A stretch of 50,508 nucleotides of DNA from a virus. Its lineage: Duplodnaviria > Caudoviricetes. The DNA is taken from the IMG/VR virus record IMGVR_UViG_3300013117_000343, positions 1 to 50,508 of that record; one strand, written 5' to 3'. The position numbers and the translations under genes were made by a program. The notes beneath the pieces were generated by a model that saw nothing but the letters and a program-made list of their open reading frames with translations, was not told the DNA's origin and did not search any database. Numbering within the stretch: position 1 is the first letter of the stretch; every line of letters starts with the position of its first letter. Of the stretch, positions 26,904 to 35,581 are shown piece by piece.

Positions 26904-26904
26904 A

Positions 26905-27060
26905 ATGTGGGATGGTAAAAGGAGAAGAGGACATCCAAGAACAGAGGCTCAAAGAAGAGCAAGACATAGAAGACTCTATGGGAAGAAGAGTAAACTCCCT
27001 AAAAGGGGAACTGGACTTAAGAAGAGAGGGAATAAGTATACAGAGGCCCTAAGCAAATGA
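26905..27060 (+). CDS. 51-aa protamine-like micro-protein (not in ORF track)
   Basis: MWDGKRRRGHPRTEAQRRARHRRLYGKKSKLPKRGTGLKKRGNKYTEALSK; GGAGG RBS. Confidence 0.7.
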   Translation: MWDGKRRRGHPRTEAQRRARHRRLYGKKSKLPKRGTGLKKRGNKYTEALSK

Positions 27061-27173
27061 ATAAGAAGAGCTACCTGGATAAAAAGTGGAAGAGTTTAGA
27101 GAAGAGAGGTATTAAACGCCCAAAGAGTGAGAAAGAGAACAAAGAGAGGTTAAAAGCAGCCCATGGTTATTGA
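27057..27173 (+). CDS. 38-aa basic micro-protein (not in ORF track)
   Basis: MNKKSYLDKKWKSLEKRGIKRPKSEKENKERLKAAHGY; ATGA overlap. Confidence 0.55.
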   Translation: MNKKSYLDKKWKSLEKRGIKRPKSEKENKERLKAAHGY

Positions 27174-28887
27174 TGGACTTGAGGGTAAAAAACCTAAACG
27201 CTTAGACTATTGGAAGACTCAAATTAGGATGGGAGTAAGGTATCGCACCCAATATGGGAGGTCTAATGAGTGGAGGCGCTACAAGACCATGCTTAGAGGC
27301 TTCTGGGGAGAGAGTATAGTCCCAGTAAATATAATACACGCCGTGGCTCGCTCAATCATTCCCCAAGTCTACTTTCGAAACCCCCGAGTAGCTGTTCTTC
27401 CGATGAAGCCAGGATACACGATGCATGCCAGAGTTTTAGAGAGAGTAGATAACTACCTTTTAAGGGAACTTGGTATCAAAAAACAACTCAAATCCATGAT
27501 ACTTGACTGTTACACTTGTGGTAGAGGTCCAGGCATCTTCGGTTATGATACGGAATTTGGCTTCAACCCCTCCTTCTCATCAGAAGAGTTTGAAGATAGT
27601 TCCCTCACTACCTTTAATAAAAAAGGTGAAAGAATAGAGTATAATATAGACGTAAAACCTGGTATGCCCTGGTTCCTTCGATGTAATCCAGCAGACTTTA
27701 TAGTCCCCTGGGGAACCCACGAGTGGGGGGAGAACCAATGGTATGGATTTAGGAAGATGAGACCTTTAAAAGACATAAAAGAGGACCCTAAATATAAGAA
27801 TAAAGCTAAACTTAAAGCCCCCTACAAAACCAGACTAGGGGGAAGCCCAGAAGGGATACCTGGTGGTATTAACCAGACCCTTGAAGAAGATTGGCAGAGT
27901 GAATGGGTAGAGCTTTGGGAAATACATGACCTAAGAAGCGGAAGGTTGATGGTAATATCTCTTGACCACAATAAGTTTCTTAGAGATGATTATGATTATC
28001 TTCAAATTGAGGGATTAAATGCTAGAGTTCTTGGCTTCAACGAAGACCCAGACTACTTCTGGTGGGCTCCAGACGCTCGTATGATAGAAAAGCAGCAATT
28101 AGAGCTAAATGATGTAAGAACTATGGCTAAGATGCACCGAAGAGTAGCACTTCTCAAGATATTATATGATAAAGGCCTCCTTAAAAAGGATGAGTTAACT
28201 AAACTACTCGATGCTGACCCCAAAGCAGCCGTTGGAGTAGAGGTAGGCCCTCAAGGAGACATTAGAAAGGTAGTGAGCCTCCTCCAATCCCATGTCCCAC
28301 CCGATTTCAACATAGCCGCTCGAGAGATTAGAGAAGATGTAAGAGAAATTGTAGGCTTCTCCCGAAATCAAATGGGTTCCTTCGAGGCTCCCAGTGGTAG
28401 AAGGACAGCCCACGAGGCGGAAATTGTAAGAGCAGCCAGTATGATTAGAATAGATGAAAGAAGAGATGGTGTGGCTGACCTCCTATCCTCAATTCTTAGA
28501 GGTATGAACCAGATAATCTTTGACAATTGGACAGCAGAGCGTCTAATAGATATAGTAGGCAACGATGGAGCAAAATACTGGATACGCTTTACAGGTCGTG
28601 AAATTAAAGGTGAGTTTAACTATAAGATAAACCCAGAAGAGGCAATTCCAACAGACCAAAGAGTTCGTCAAGCCCAAGCTGAGAAGTTTATAGAGCTCTC
28701 GTTAAAGATACCAGGCCTCGATACCAAATATCTACTTGAAAGTTACGCTTCCCAATTTGATTGGATAGACCCAAAGCTCCTATTCCCAGGAGAAGGTCCT
28801 GGTAGAAGCCCAGAGAAAGCTATGATGTTCAACGACTTCATGAGAATGGGTGGGGGTAGGGGTAGCTTCCCAGGATTAGGAGGATAG
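27163..28887 (+). CDS. Portal protein (podovirus type)
   Basis: Follows TerL, 574 aa; VNIIHAVARSIIPQVYFRNP, VELWEIHD, QQLELN, RRTAHEAEI. Confidence 0.88.
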   Translation: MVIDGLEGKKPKRLDYWKTQIRMGVRYRTQYGRSNEWRRYKTMLRGFWGESIVPVNIIHAVARSIIPQVYFRNPRVAVLPMKPGYTMHARVLERVDNYLLRELGIKKQLKSMILDCYTCGRGPGIFGYDTEFGFNPSFSSEEFEDSSLTTFNKKGERIEYNIDVKPGMPWFLRCNPADFIVPWGTHEWGENQWYGFRKMRPLKDIKEDPKYKNKAKLKAPYKTRLGGSPEGIPGGINQTLEEDWQSEWVELWEIHDLRSGRLMVISLDHNKFLRDDYDYLQIEGLNARVLGFNEDPDYFWWAPDARMIEKQQLELNDVRTMAKMHRRVALLKILYDKGLLKKDELTKLLDADPKAAVGVEVGPQGDIRKVVSLLQSHVPPDFNIAAREIREDVREIVGFSRNQMGSFEAPSGRRTAHEAEIVRAASMIRIDERRDGVADLLSSILRGMNQIIFDNWTAERLIDIVGNDGAKYWIRFTGREIKGEFNYKINPEEAIPTDQRVRQAQAEKFIELSLKIPGLDTKYLLESYASQFDWIDPKLLFPGEGPGRSPEKAMMFNDFMRMGGGRGSFPGLGG

Positions 28888-28998
28888 TTGAAGGTATTGA
28901 CTATATGTCCTAAGTGTAACAAGTGCTTCAAAGGAGAGCGTTGTTCCAATTGTGAAAAGGAGTTAAAAGATGCCGAGAGGAAAAACAGACCTAACTAG
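28888..28998 (+). CDS. 36-aa zinc-ribbon micro-protein
   Basis: TTG start after GGAGG; ICPKCNKCFKGERCSNC. Confidence 0.5.
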   Translation: MKVLTICPKCNKCFKGERCSNCEKELKDAERKNRPN

Positions 28999-29206
28999 TA
29001 ATGAGTATGACTCTTACCTTGCAAGTAAGGGTAAACATAGAGAGTTAGCCAAGCGAAACGCTGAGAGGAAGAGTAAGGGCTATAAAGGTTGGCACTTTGG
29101 ACTTGGAGACAAACCAGTGTTTACAAGAAATAAAGAAGAGTTTAAACGGGAACTTAACCGACGAGGACTGGTTATGAAAGATGATGTAGCTAGGGACCTC
29201 AGATAG
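28970..29206 (+). CDS. Hypothetical head-region protein
   Basis: AGGAG RBS; between portal and scaffold. Confidence 0.7.
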   Translation: MPRGKTDLTSNEYDSYLASKGKHRELAKRNAERKSKGYKGWHFGLGDKPVFTRNKEEFKRELNRRGLVMKDDVARDLR

Positions 29207-29214
29207 GAGGAACT

Positions 29215-29502
29215 ATGGACCCCGAAAAGAGATTAACTTCTAAAGCATTAGCATCAGCTCTTAGTGGCACTCCCCAGGAAAGGATGGAAGAGGAGAAGAC
29301 AATCTTCCTAAAATACACTCCAGGGAAAAGACCAGAAGTAACCTTTACTGGTTTCTGGTCAGGGAAATTTATAAAAGCTGCAATGGATAGTATAAGTAGA
29401 AGTTATAGATTAAGAAGGCGAGACATAACACGACCTGTAAGGGCTAACCCTGAGGTCGAACCCAAACCCGATGAGGGAAAGAAGGAGGTAGCAAATGTTT
29501 AG
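29215..29502 (+). CDS. Hypothetical head-region protein
   Basis: GGAGG RBS. Confidence 0.7.
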   Translation: MDPEKRLTSKALASALSGTPQERMEEEKTIFLKYTPGKRPEVTFTGFWSGKFIKAAMDSISRSYRLRRRDITRPVRANPEVEPKPDEGKKEVANV

Positions 29503-30250
29503 GCATATGAATTACATCTACCCAAACCTACTTCAGTTAAGTGGGAGAAGATGGTTTGCTGATGGAGATGGAGGCGATGGAGACAAAGGCGACAAAGGCG
29601 ACAAAAGTGGCGGAGATAGTGTATCCAAAGCTGACCACGACGCAATAGTAGCGGAACTTGAAAAAAGCAAAGGGGAATTGGAAGATTTAAGGTTAGAGGT
29701 TCTCTCTCCTGAATACCTTGACTGGTTAAATAGTAGTAAAGATGACAAGGGTGATAAAGGGGACAAGAAAGAGGACAAAGGGGAAAAGAAGGATGAACTC
29801 TCGGACGAAGCTCTGGAGAAGTTAACTCCAAAGCAAATCTTAGACCTCGCAACTAAAAGAGCTGAGGATAAGTTTAGAGGAGAGATGGACGACCTTAAGA
29901 AGTCGAGTAAAGCAGACCGAGATGCGGACACCAAGAGAGAAATAGATGCCTTCTCCCGTCAACACGAGGATTTCAAAACCTACCGACCCATAATGTATGG
30001 TCTATCCCTTGACCCTAAGAATGCAAACCTAACCCTTGGTGAGCTTTATGCTAAAGCTAAAGACCACGTAAAGGGCATCCACACCGAGACTTCAGAAGCT
30101 GATAAGAAGAAGCAACAGAAGTCTAAGAGTGAAAAACCTGGAGGAGCTTCTGAAAGTTACGATGAACTTAAAAAGCTCAGTCCAGATGAAGCCGCTAAGA
30201 AGTCATTAGAAGAAGTAAAAGGTAAGCTTGGAGAAATCCCCGCTGCATAA
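29495..30250 (+). CDS. Capsid scaffolding protein
   Basis: Acidic coiled-coil protein with GDK repeats, immediately before the major capsid gene. Confidence 0.8.
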   Translation: MFRHMNYIYPNLLQLSGRRWFADGDGGDGDKGDKGDKSGGDSVSKADHDAIVAELEKSKGELEDLRLEVLSPEYLDWLNSSKDDKGDKGDKKEDKGEKKDELSDEALEKLTPKQILDLATKRAEDKFRGEMDDLKKSSKADRDADTKREIDAFSRQHEDFKTYRPIMYGLSLDPKNANLTLGELYAKAKDHVKGIHTETSEADKKKQQKSKSEKPGGASESYDELKKLSPDEAAKKSLEEVKGKLGEIPAA

Positions 30251-30270
30251 CATAGAAGAGGGGAGTTACA

Positions 30271-31254
30271 ATGGCAACATTAACTGAATATCTAAACACG
30301 TTGTATACTACCACCTGGGCTAAAAGGAGACCTGGTATTGTAGACCAAGTTTTCGAGGAGAACAGGTTAGTTGCATTGTGGAAGTCCAAGGGGATGTTCA
30401 AATCAGAGGATACCTCTGGTAGAAGACTTGAAATACCTCTTAGGATTAAAAAGACCACTACCGCTAAGTTCTTTGCAAAGGGTGGAACTTTCACAATCAG
30501 TGACTTCGACCCACTAACTGTTGCTTATGACACTTGGAGGAACTTGGGTGACCAGATAGTAAGGTATTGGGTAGATGACAAAGTAAATGGTGGAAGTGAA
30601 GCAGCTCACATTAAGCTGATGAATGCAAAGATTAACACTGTAAGAGACACCCTACAAGAGGAGCTTGAAACTGCGATTTGGGCGGATACTGGTGGTAGCT
30701 CAGTAGATGATTACAATGGGATGCAATATCTCATTGATGATGTTCCATCTACTAGTGCAACAATCCACGGTATCAACCAGTCCACAGCCGTTGATGAGGC
30801 TGGCAACTACTACTGGAGAAACCAGACGAAAACAGCAACTGGTGCATTCTCGGTCTATGGTGAGTCTGACATGACCAACTTAATGAACACCTGCCAAAGG
30901 TGGGGTAAGATAGATTGCTTAGTTAGCGACCAGACAACCTATGAACTTGGTGAGTCTGAGGCACTTGAGAGAGTAAGTGTAGTAAATAAAGAAGCAGTAA
31001 GTTTGGGACTAGACCATATTACATTTAAGGGTCGTCCTTGGATATGGTCTCCAAAGTGCACCACTGGTTACACTTACATGTTAGATAGAAGACACATTGG
31101 GTTTAGTTATGACCCAGCGGTCAACTTCGTCATGGGTCCTTGGAAGGAAATACCAAACCAGTTCAAAGATGTAGTTTGTCAGGTAGTTCAGAGAGGTCAA
31201 ACCTGGGTAGACAAAAGAAGGTGCCACGGGGTTATAATCTCACAAGCTGCATAG
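30271..31254 (+). CDS. Major capsid protein (HK97 fold)
   Basis: 327 aa after scaffold; IVDQVF, SGRRLEIPL, YNGMQYLI, IHGINQS..YWRNQ, FKGRPWIWSP, RRCHGV. Confidence 0.88.
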   Translation: MATLTEYLNTLYTTTWAKRRPGIVDQVFEENRLVALWKSKGMFKSEDTSGRRLEIPLRIKKTTTAKFFAKGGTFTISDFDPLTVAYDTWRNLGDQIVRYWVDDKVNGGSEAAHIKLMNAKINTVRDTLQEELETAIWADTGGSSVDDYNGMQYLIDDVPSTSATIHGINQSTAVDEAGNYYWRNQTKTATGAFSVYGESDMTNLMNTCQRWGKIDCLVSDQTTYELGESEALERVSVVNKEAVSLGLDHITFKGRPWIWSPKCTTGYTYMLDRRHIGFSYDPAVNFVMGPWKEIPNQFKDVVCQVVQRGQTWVDKRRCHGVIISQAA

Positions 31255-31265
31255 AACTAAACTTC

Positions 31266-31287
31266 GGGGTGGGAGCCAACTCACCCT
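31266..31287 (+). other. Short hairpin after the capsid gene
   Basis: GGGGTGGG-agccaa-CTCACCCT; no U-tract. Confidence 0.4.
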
Positions 31288-31322
31288 TAGAGGTAGCCCA
31301 TAAACCTAAGAAGGAGGAATAG

Positions 31323-32117
31323 ATGGGAACAGATAAGATTACGATTAGAAATCAGGGTGAAACTGAGGACTCTGGTTTAGTAAACTGGAGGGGTGACCAG
31401 GTAACATTACCTCAAGGGGGTCAGGGAGTATACCAAGCTTCCCAAATTCAAATGGCTCGGTTAGGTTCAAGGAAGGTAGTTGGGGATAGGGTCTTTAGGT
31501 ATGCTAGGGCAGGTGCAGGGGGAACAATAGCCGCTGGTAATCTAATGCAATCCCCTGATGTAAATGCTGGCGAGGTAAGCGTAGTCCAGACTACCGCTGG
31601 TCAACACAACATAGGGGATAGAACTCTTAACCTTTACTCCTCTGGGAGTGTAGGTTCTGGTGAGTATAACGAAGGCTATGTCTTTGTAGCTGAGGGCACA
31701 AGCCCTGGCCCAATGTATCGAATTAAGAACCACGGTGACATTGCAGCAACAGCAACAGGGACGCTGGAACTCTACGATGTCCTCGTAACCACCCACACAG
31801 CCGCTGACCAAGTTACTGTTCTTAGGAACATGTATAATAAAGTGGTTGAAGCAGGAGCTACTGGTGATGTTCCTGTAGGTGTAGCCCCAATTACAGTAAC
31901 CACTAACGACTATTTTTGGCTTCAGACCTGGGGTCCATGTGCTTTGATGAACTCCACTGGAACTGGTATTATAGCTAAAGGTGGTATGGCATTTGTTGGT
32001 GGGACTGGTGCTGCTCAGGCAGCTACAGCCGCAGGAACAAGCTGTAGTATTGGTTACGCTATGGCTCTTGGGACTGATAGTGAGTATAGTCCAATTTTCT
32101 TGCAGATAGCACCTTAA
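31323..32117 (+). CDS. Probable capsid decoration/cement protein
   Basis: Follows the capsid gene; Gly/Ala/Thr-rich; GDRVFRYARAG and YFWLQTWGP. Confidence 0.7.
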   Translation: MGTDKITIRNQGETEDSGLVNWRGDQVTLPQGGQGVYQASQIQMARLGSRKVVGDRVFRYARAGAGGTIAAGNLMQSPDVNAGEVSVVQTTAGQHNIGDRTLNLYSSGSVGSGEYNEGYVFVAEGTSPGPMYRIKNHGDIAATATGTLELYDVLVTTHTAADQVTVLRNMYNKVVEAGATGDVPVGVAPITVTTNDYFWLQTWGPCALMNSTGTGIIAKGGMAFVGGTGAAQAATAAGTSCSIGYAMALGTDSEYSPIFLQIAP

Positions 32118-32132
32118 CATAAAGGTAAACTA

Positions 32133-32167
32133 CGGAAAGGGGGGAGATTAACCCTCTCTCCTTTCTG
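32133..32167 (+). terminator. 14-bp stem-loop after the capsid/decoration genes
   Basis: CGGAAAGGGGGGAG pairs with CTCTCTCCTTTCTG using G-U pairs; U-tract weak or absent. Confidence 0.55.
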
Positions 32168-32194
32168 AACTTAAAGAAAGGAAGGGTTAAAATC

Positions 32195-33124
32195 ATGGCG
32201 AAGAAGAAAGTAAAAGAGGAGAAAATAGTTCCAAAGATACTGATAGGGGTTCCCATCCTAAGTTGGTCTCACGAGTTCGCTGAGAGCTTCCTTAGGTTTT
32301 GGACAGAGCTTATGACTTATAGGCATAAGGGAACTAAGTTTCATGTTGCGTATAAGTTTATGCACAGAATGCCCGTTCACATGGCTGAAGAGAGGCTCGT
32401 GGACCTAGCAATCGAAAGTGGTTGCACTCATCTTTTACTAATGGATGATGATGTTTACGACGTAACAGCAGATATGTTTCTTAAACTGTTGAGTGACGAT
32501 AAGGATATAGTTGGGGGTGTAATGCACGCTTCAGGCTTTCCTTATGCGATGTGTGCTTTTAGAAGATATGATACCAAGCAGAAGGTGGCTAATATGCCAA
32601 TTCTTAAAGGTCCAGCTCGTCTTTATGAGGTGCCTCCAGACCAAAGGAAGGGTCTTCAAAAGGTAGACCTTATGGCTTACTGTTTTACCCTATTTAAAGT
32701 TGATGTCTTCAAGAAGCTTAAAAAACCTTGGTTTAAATGTAATACCCAGGCACCCACCGACAGTTGGTTTAGTGATAGTGTGTTGGATGCAGGCCTCGAA
32801 TACTATGTTGACTTCAGCATTTGGGTCAATCATAGGGGAGTAACTATACAGAACGTAGCACTCTGGCGTCAAATGGGGAGTCTTAAAATTCAAAATGATG
32901 CAGCTAGGATGATAGTGCTATCCCCAGAAGAGATGAGAAGACATGAGGCTTACATGACACTTAGACTTGAGACCGCTGAGAAAGCGTTAAAGTCTGAGGC
33001 TAAGGAGAAACTAACTTTCTTTCAAAAGAAGAGGGGGAAGAACCCAATAGGAACTGTTGTTGTAAAGGATGGGAAGGATGAGAAGGGAACTTTAGGTAAA
33101 CGGGAAGTCAACAAACGACACTAA
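32195..33124 (+). CDS. GT-A fold (GT2-like) glycosyltransferase
   Basis: KILIGVP, CTHLLLMDDD (DxD), DKDIVGG, FTLFKVDVFKKLKKPWF, TDSWF, VNH. Confidence 0.85.
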   Translation: MAKKKVKEEKIVPKILIGVPILSWSHEFAESFLRFWTELMTYRHKGTKFHVAYKFMHRMPVHMAEERLVDLAIESGCTHLLLMDDDVYDVTADMFLKLLSDDKDIVGGVMHASGFPYAMCAFRRYDTKQKVANMPILKGPARLYEVPPDQRKGLQKVDLMAYCFTLFKVDVFKKLKKPWFKCNTQAPTDSWFSDSVLDAGLEYYVDFSIWVNHRGVTIQNVALWRQMGSLKIQNDAARMIVLSPEEMRRHEAYMTLRLETAEKALKSEAKEKLTFFQKKRGKNPIGTVVVKDGKDEKGTLGKREVNKRH

Positions 33125-33137
33125 AGAGGGGGAAGTC

Positions 33138-33632
33138 ATGGCTTATACAGTAACAGTAACAAGTCCAATGAAGCACGCAGAGAGGATTAGTAGGAGCTTG
33201 GGTGTATATGCTGGAAAGTGTGACATTTCAGCTTACGCCACTGCAGACCTTGCAGAGATAACAGCAATTACTAAGTATTTTGTAGACGTAGCACACACGG
33301 GTGCAGTTAATGCTAAGGTAGCTAAGGGTGTTCTTTCCTGTGTAGCAAATGGTCCAAGTGATAATGGACACATTTTTGAATGGAATGCAACTGGTGGTTA
33401 CTTTGAGTGCTTCAAACCTAGTGGTGTTCCTGTGGCATCTGGTGGAATAACAATAAATGCAGGAACTACTGGAACATCAGTGTTCTTTGACCCTGCTAAT
33501 AGTAAATTTTATTCTACTACTGGAGGAACTGTAACTGAGTTCGTTGGAACAACCTGTGCCGCAGTAGTTGCTACCCAGATGGCTGGGGATGCTGGGGAGA
33601 TAACCTTTACAGCGATAGGGTTTATAAGGTAA
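33138..33632 (+). CDS. Putative virion structural protein
   Basis: Small beta-rich protein in the head block. Confidence 0.6.
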   Translation: MAYTVTVTSPMKHAERISRSLGVYAGKCDISAYATADLAEITAITKYFVDVAHTGAVNAKVAKGVLSCVANGPSDNGHIFEWNATGGYFECFKPSGVPVASGGITINAGTTGTSVFFDPANSKFYSTTGGTVTEFVGTTCAAVVATQMAGDAGEITFTAIGFIR

Positions 33633-34060
33633 TGGATGAAATACTTGACTTAATCTATGAAGCAGAGAGTTCAAGTGGAAGGGATAAGAAAGCTTATGTT
33701 CCTCATCCCGAGTCTGGTGCTCTTGGAGGCTATCAAATAAAACGCTCAGCCTTTAGGAGCATTCAGAAAATGTTTCCAGACAAGTGGAAGGATAAGACCT
33801 TTAAAAGTGTAGCGTTGGATGATAAGCAAGCAAGGGAAGCTGCACGAGACATATTTAGATTTAACACAGTGTCTTTCCCTAATGATTATAAGGTAGTATT
33901 CACGTCCAAAGAAGATGTTATGGATGCTCTTGTAATGGCATATAAAGAGGGAGTAGGTGGAGTTTTAAGCACAGACCCAGAGGTGGTAAAAAGAAGGAAG
34001 GACTACTTGAATAAAATCAAAAGTATAAGGTCAAGGTATACAGAACAAATAATGAGGTAA
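33632..34060 (+). CDS. Lysozyme/transglycosylase-fold protein
   Basis: IYEAESSSG (catalytic Glu), GALGGYQI, LVMAYKEG, DYLNKI. Confidence 0.75.
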   Translation: MDEILDLIYEAESSSGRDKKAYVPHPESGALGGYQIKRSAFRSIQKMFPDKWKDKTFKSVALDDKQAREAARDIFRFNTVSFPNDYKVVFTSKEDVMDALVMAYKEGVGGVLSTDPEVVKRRKDYLNKIKSIRSRYTEQIMR

Positions 34061-34063
34061 ATT

Positions 34064-34819
34064 ATGGGATTAGGAACTCTGACGAGGGATGAATTTGTAA
34101 CAGAAATCTGCGACATCTGTGGAAAGTCTGAGACGGCCAGTGCTATCTCTGGAGCCGTTCTTCAAACCAGGGTAAGAACTTACCTCAACTGGGCTCAGAA
34201 AAGGGTAGCTCGTTTCTATAACTTTCATGAGCTTAATACTCTCCTTGAAACCGCTGCTACAGTTGCGGATGTTAAGACCTACCCAATGATTACTGGGACT
34301 AACAATTTAGGATTAACTAATCCAAAGGATATATCATCTATTAGACTAATAGATAGTGAGAATTCGAGGAAGTTGACCCGCTGGAGCTATCGAAAGTTTG
34401 ACAAGTACTTTCCCTACCCCACCAACTACTCCACTGGGAGGCCTCAAATATACGCACGTTGGGGGAGTAATCTTGAGTTCTTTAGAATACCTAACGCTGC
34501 ATACACTCTCTACATTAGATACCCTCAATGGGCTACAGACTTTTCAACTGGAGACCAGACATCAGATTATGAGAACAAAGACCAACTTATAATGACTGCT
34601 GGGATACTGGAGACCTACTTAGCTCTGGAGGAGTATAAGGATGCAGAGGTATACTACGCTCGTTTTCTTGGGCAGTTGAGAGATGCAGCTAGGGCAGAGG
34701 GGGATACAGATTGGGAGCCAGAGGCAGAACCCTTTGGAACTCTTATGTATAGAAGTGGGGAGCCTTGGAAAGACCCATTTGGGACTGTTGATGACCCACT
34801 ATACGGCTATTCAGAATAG
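34064..34819 (+). CDS. Head-tail adaptor (tail tubular protein A-like)
   Basis: YLNWAQKRV, TGRPQIY, FRIPNAAYTLYIRY; position. Confidence 0.75.
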   Translation: MGLGTLTRDEFVTEICDICGKSETASAISGAVLQTRVRTYLNWAQKRVARFYNFHELNTLLETAATVADVKTYPMITGTNNLGLTNPKDISSIRLIDSENSRKLTRWSYRKFDKYFPYPTNYSTGRPQIYARWGSNLEFFRIPNAAYTLYIRYPQWATDFSTGDQTSDYENKDQLIMTAGILETYLALEEYKDAEVYYARFLGQLRDAARAEGDTDWEPEAEPFGTLMYRSGEPWKDPFGTVDDPLYGYSE

Positions 34820-34833
34820 AAGGAGGTAATGTA

Positions 34834-35148
34834 ATGGCAAGAAGAAGAGCTAGTTTACACACGAACATAAGCACAGACACTACAATAGCAACTGCGCCTT
34901 CAGTTTACTATGGCTGTTTAGCTCAGTGCCTAACCACGGGGCCATCTCAGGTTTTCGTGTATGATGCTACTGCTACAGCTACTGGCACAGTTATTGGTGG
35001 AGCTTATGCCACTGGTAGTGTGGCTGGACAGTTGTCTATTAACATGGCACCGCCAGGTGGTGTAGTATGTGACTTAGGTATCCATGCTAATGTTACCTGC
35101 ACAACTGCGGTTGATAATATTACAATATTTTGGGGACCTATTCAGTAG
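34834..35148 (+). CDS. Small beta-rich virion protein; paralog of 42953-43285
   Basis: YYGC...VFVYDATATATG..GI. Confidence 0.65.
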   Translation: MARRRASLHTNISTDTTIATAPSVYYGCLAQCLTTGPSQVFVYDATATATGTVIGGAYATGSVAGQLSINMAPPGGVVCDLGIHANVTCTTAVDNITIFWGPIQ

Positions 35149-35155
35149 AAGATTG

Positions 35156-35176
35156 TAAGTTCAATATTTGAAATTA
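35156..35176. promoter_or_regulatory. 21-bp palindromic operator, copy 6
   Basis: TAAGTTCAATATTTGAAATTA followed by TAGGAGG RBS. Confidence 0.75.
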
Positions 35177-35188
35177 TAGGAGGCGACG

Positions 35189-35572
35189 ATGGCAATAGGT
35201 AAGAGAGTAAAGGTAGGAGGTAGTTATTACAAAGGACACAAACTAACAGTTAGCTCAACTGTCGGAGACTATGTCCTTGCAATCATACCCTCCACTACAG
35301 GTTGCGCAGTAAACGGCCTGAGTATTACCCCAGCGTCCTATGGCTCTGGTGATTACTTCGGAGTCTACCATGTAGATAATACGGCAACTTCAGGTGGAAG
35401 TGTGTTGCAAACTCTAGCAGAGAACATATACAATATAGGTGGTGGTATAAGTGTAATGTTAGATTTCGCCTCCCTTGAGCTTCTAAATCAAGGGGAGTCT
35501 CTTCGCTTCATCTATACCAACGCTGCAACAGTTGCTACTGATGTTTTTGTAACCAGCGAGGTAATCAAATAG
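35189..35572 (+). CDS. Putative virion structural protein
   Basis: Beta-rich, GGAGG RBS. Confidence 0.6.
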   Translation: MAIGKRVKVGGSYYKGHKLTVSSTVGDYVLAIIPSTTGCAVNGLSITPASYGSGDYFGVYHVDNTATSGGSVLQTLAENIYNIGGGISVMLDFASLELLNQGESLRFIYTNAATVATDVFVTSEVIK

Positions 35573-35581
35573 GAGGGAATT

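Noticed and set aside
29562-29790. GDK-encoding tandem repeats in the scaffold gene
   Set aside because: Ordinary low-complexity linker typical of scaffold proteins.
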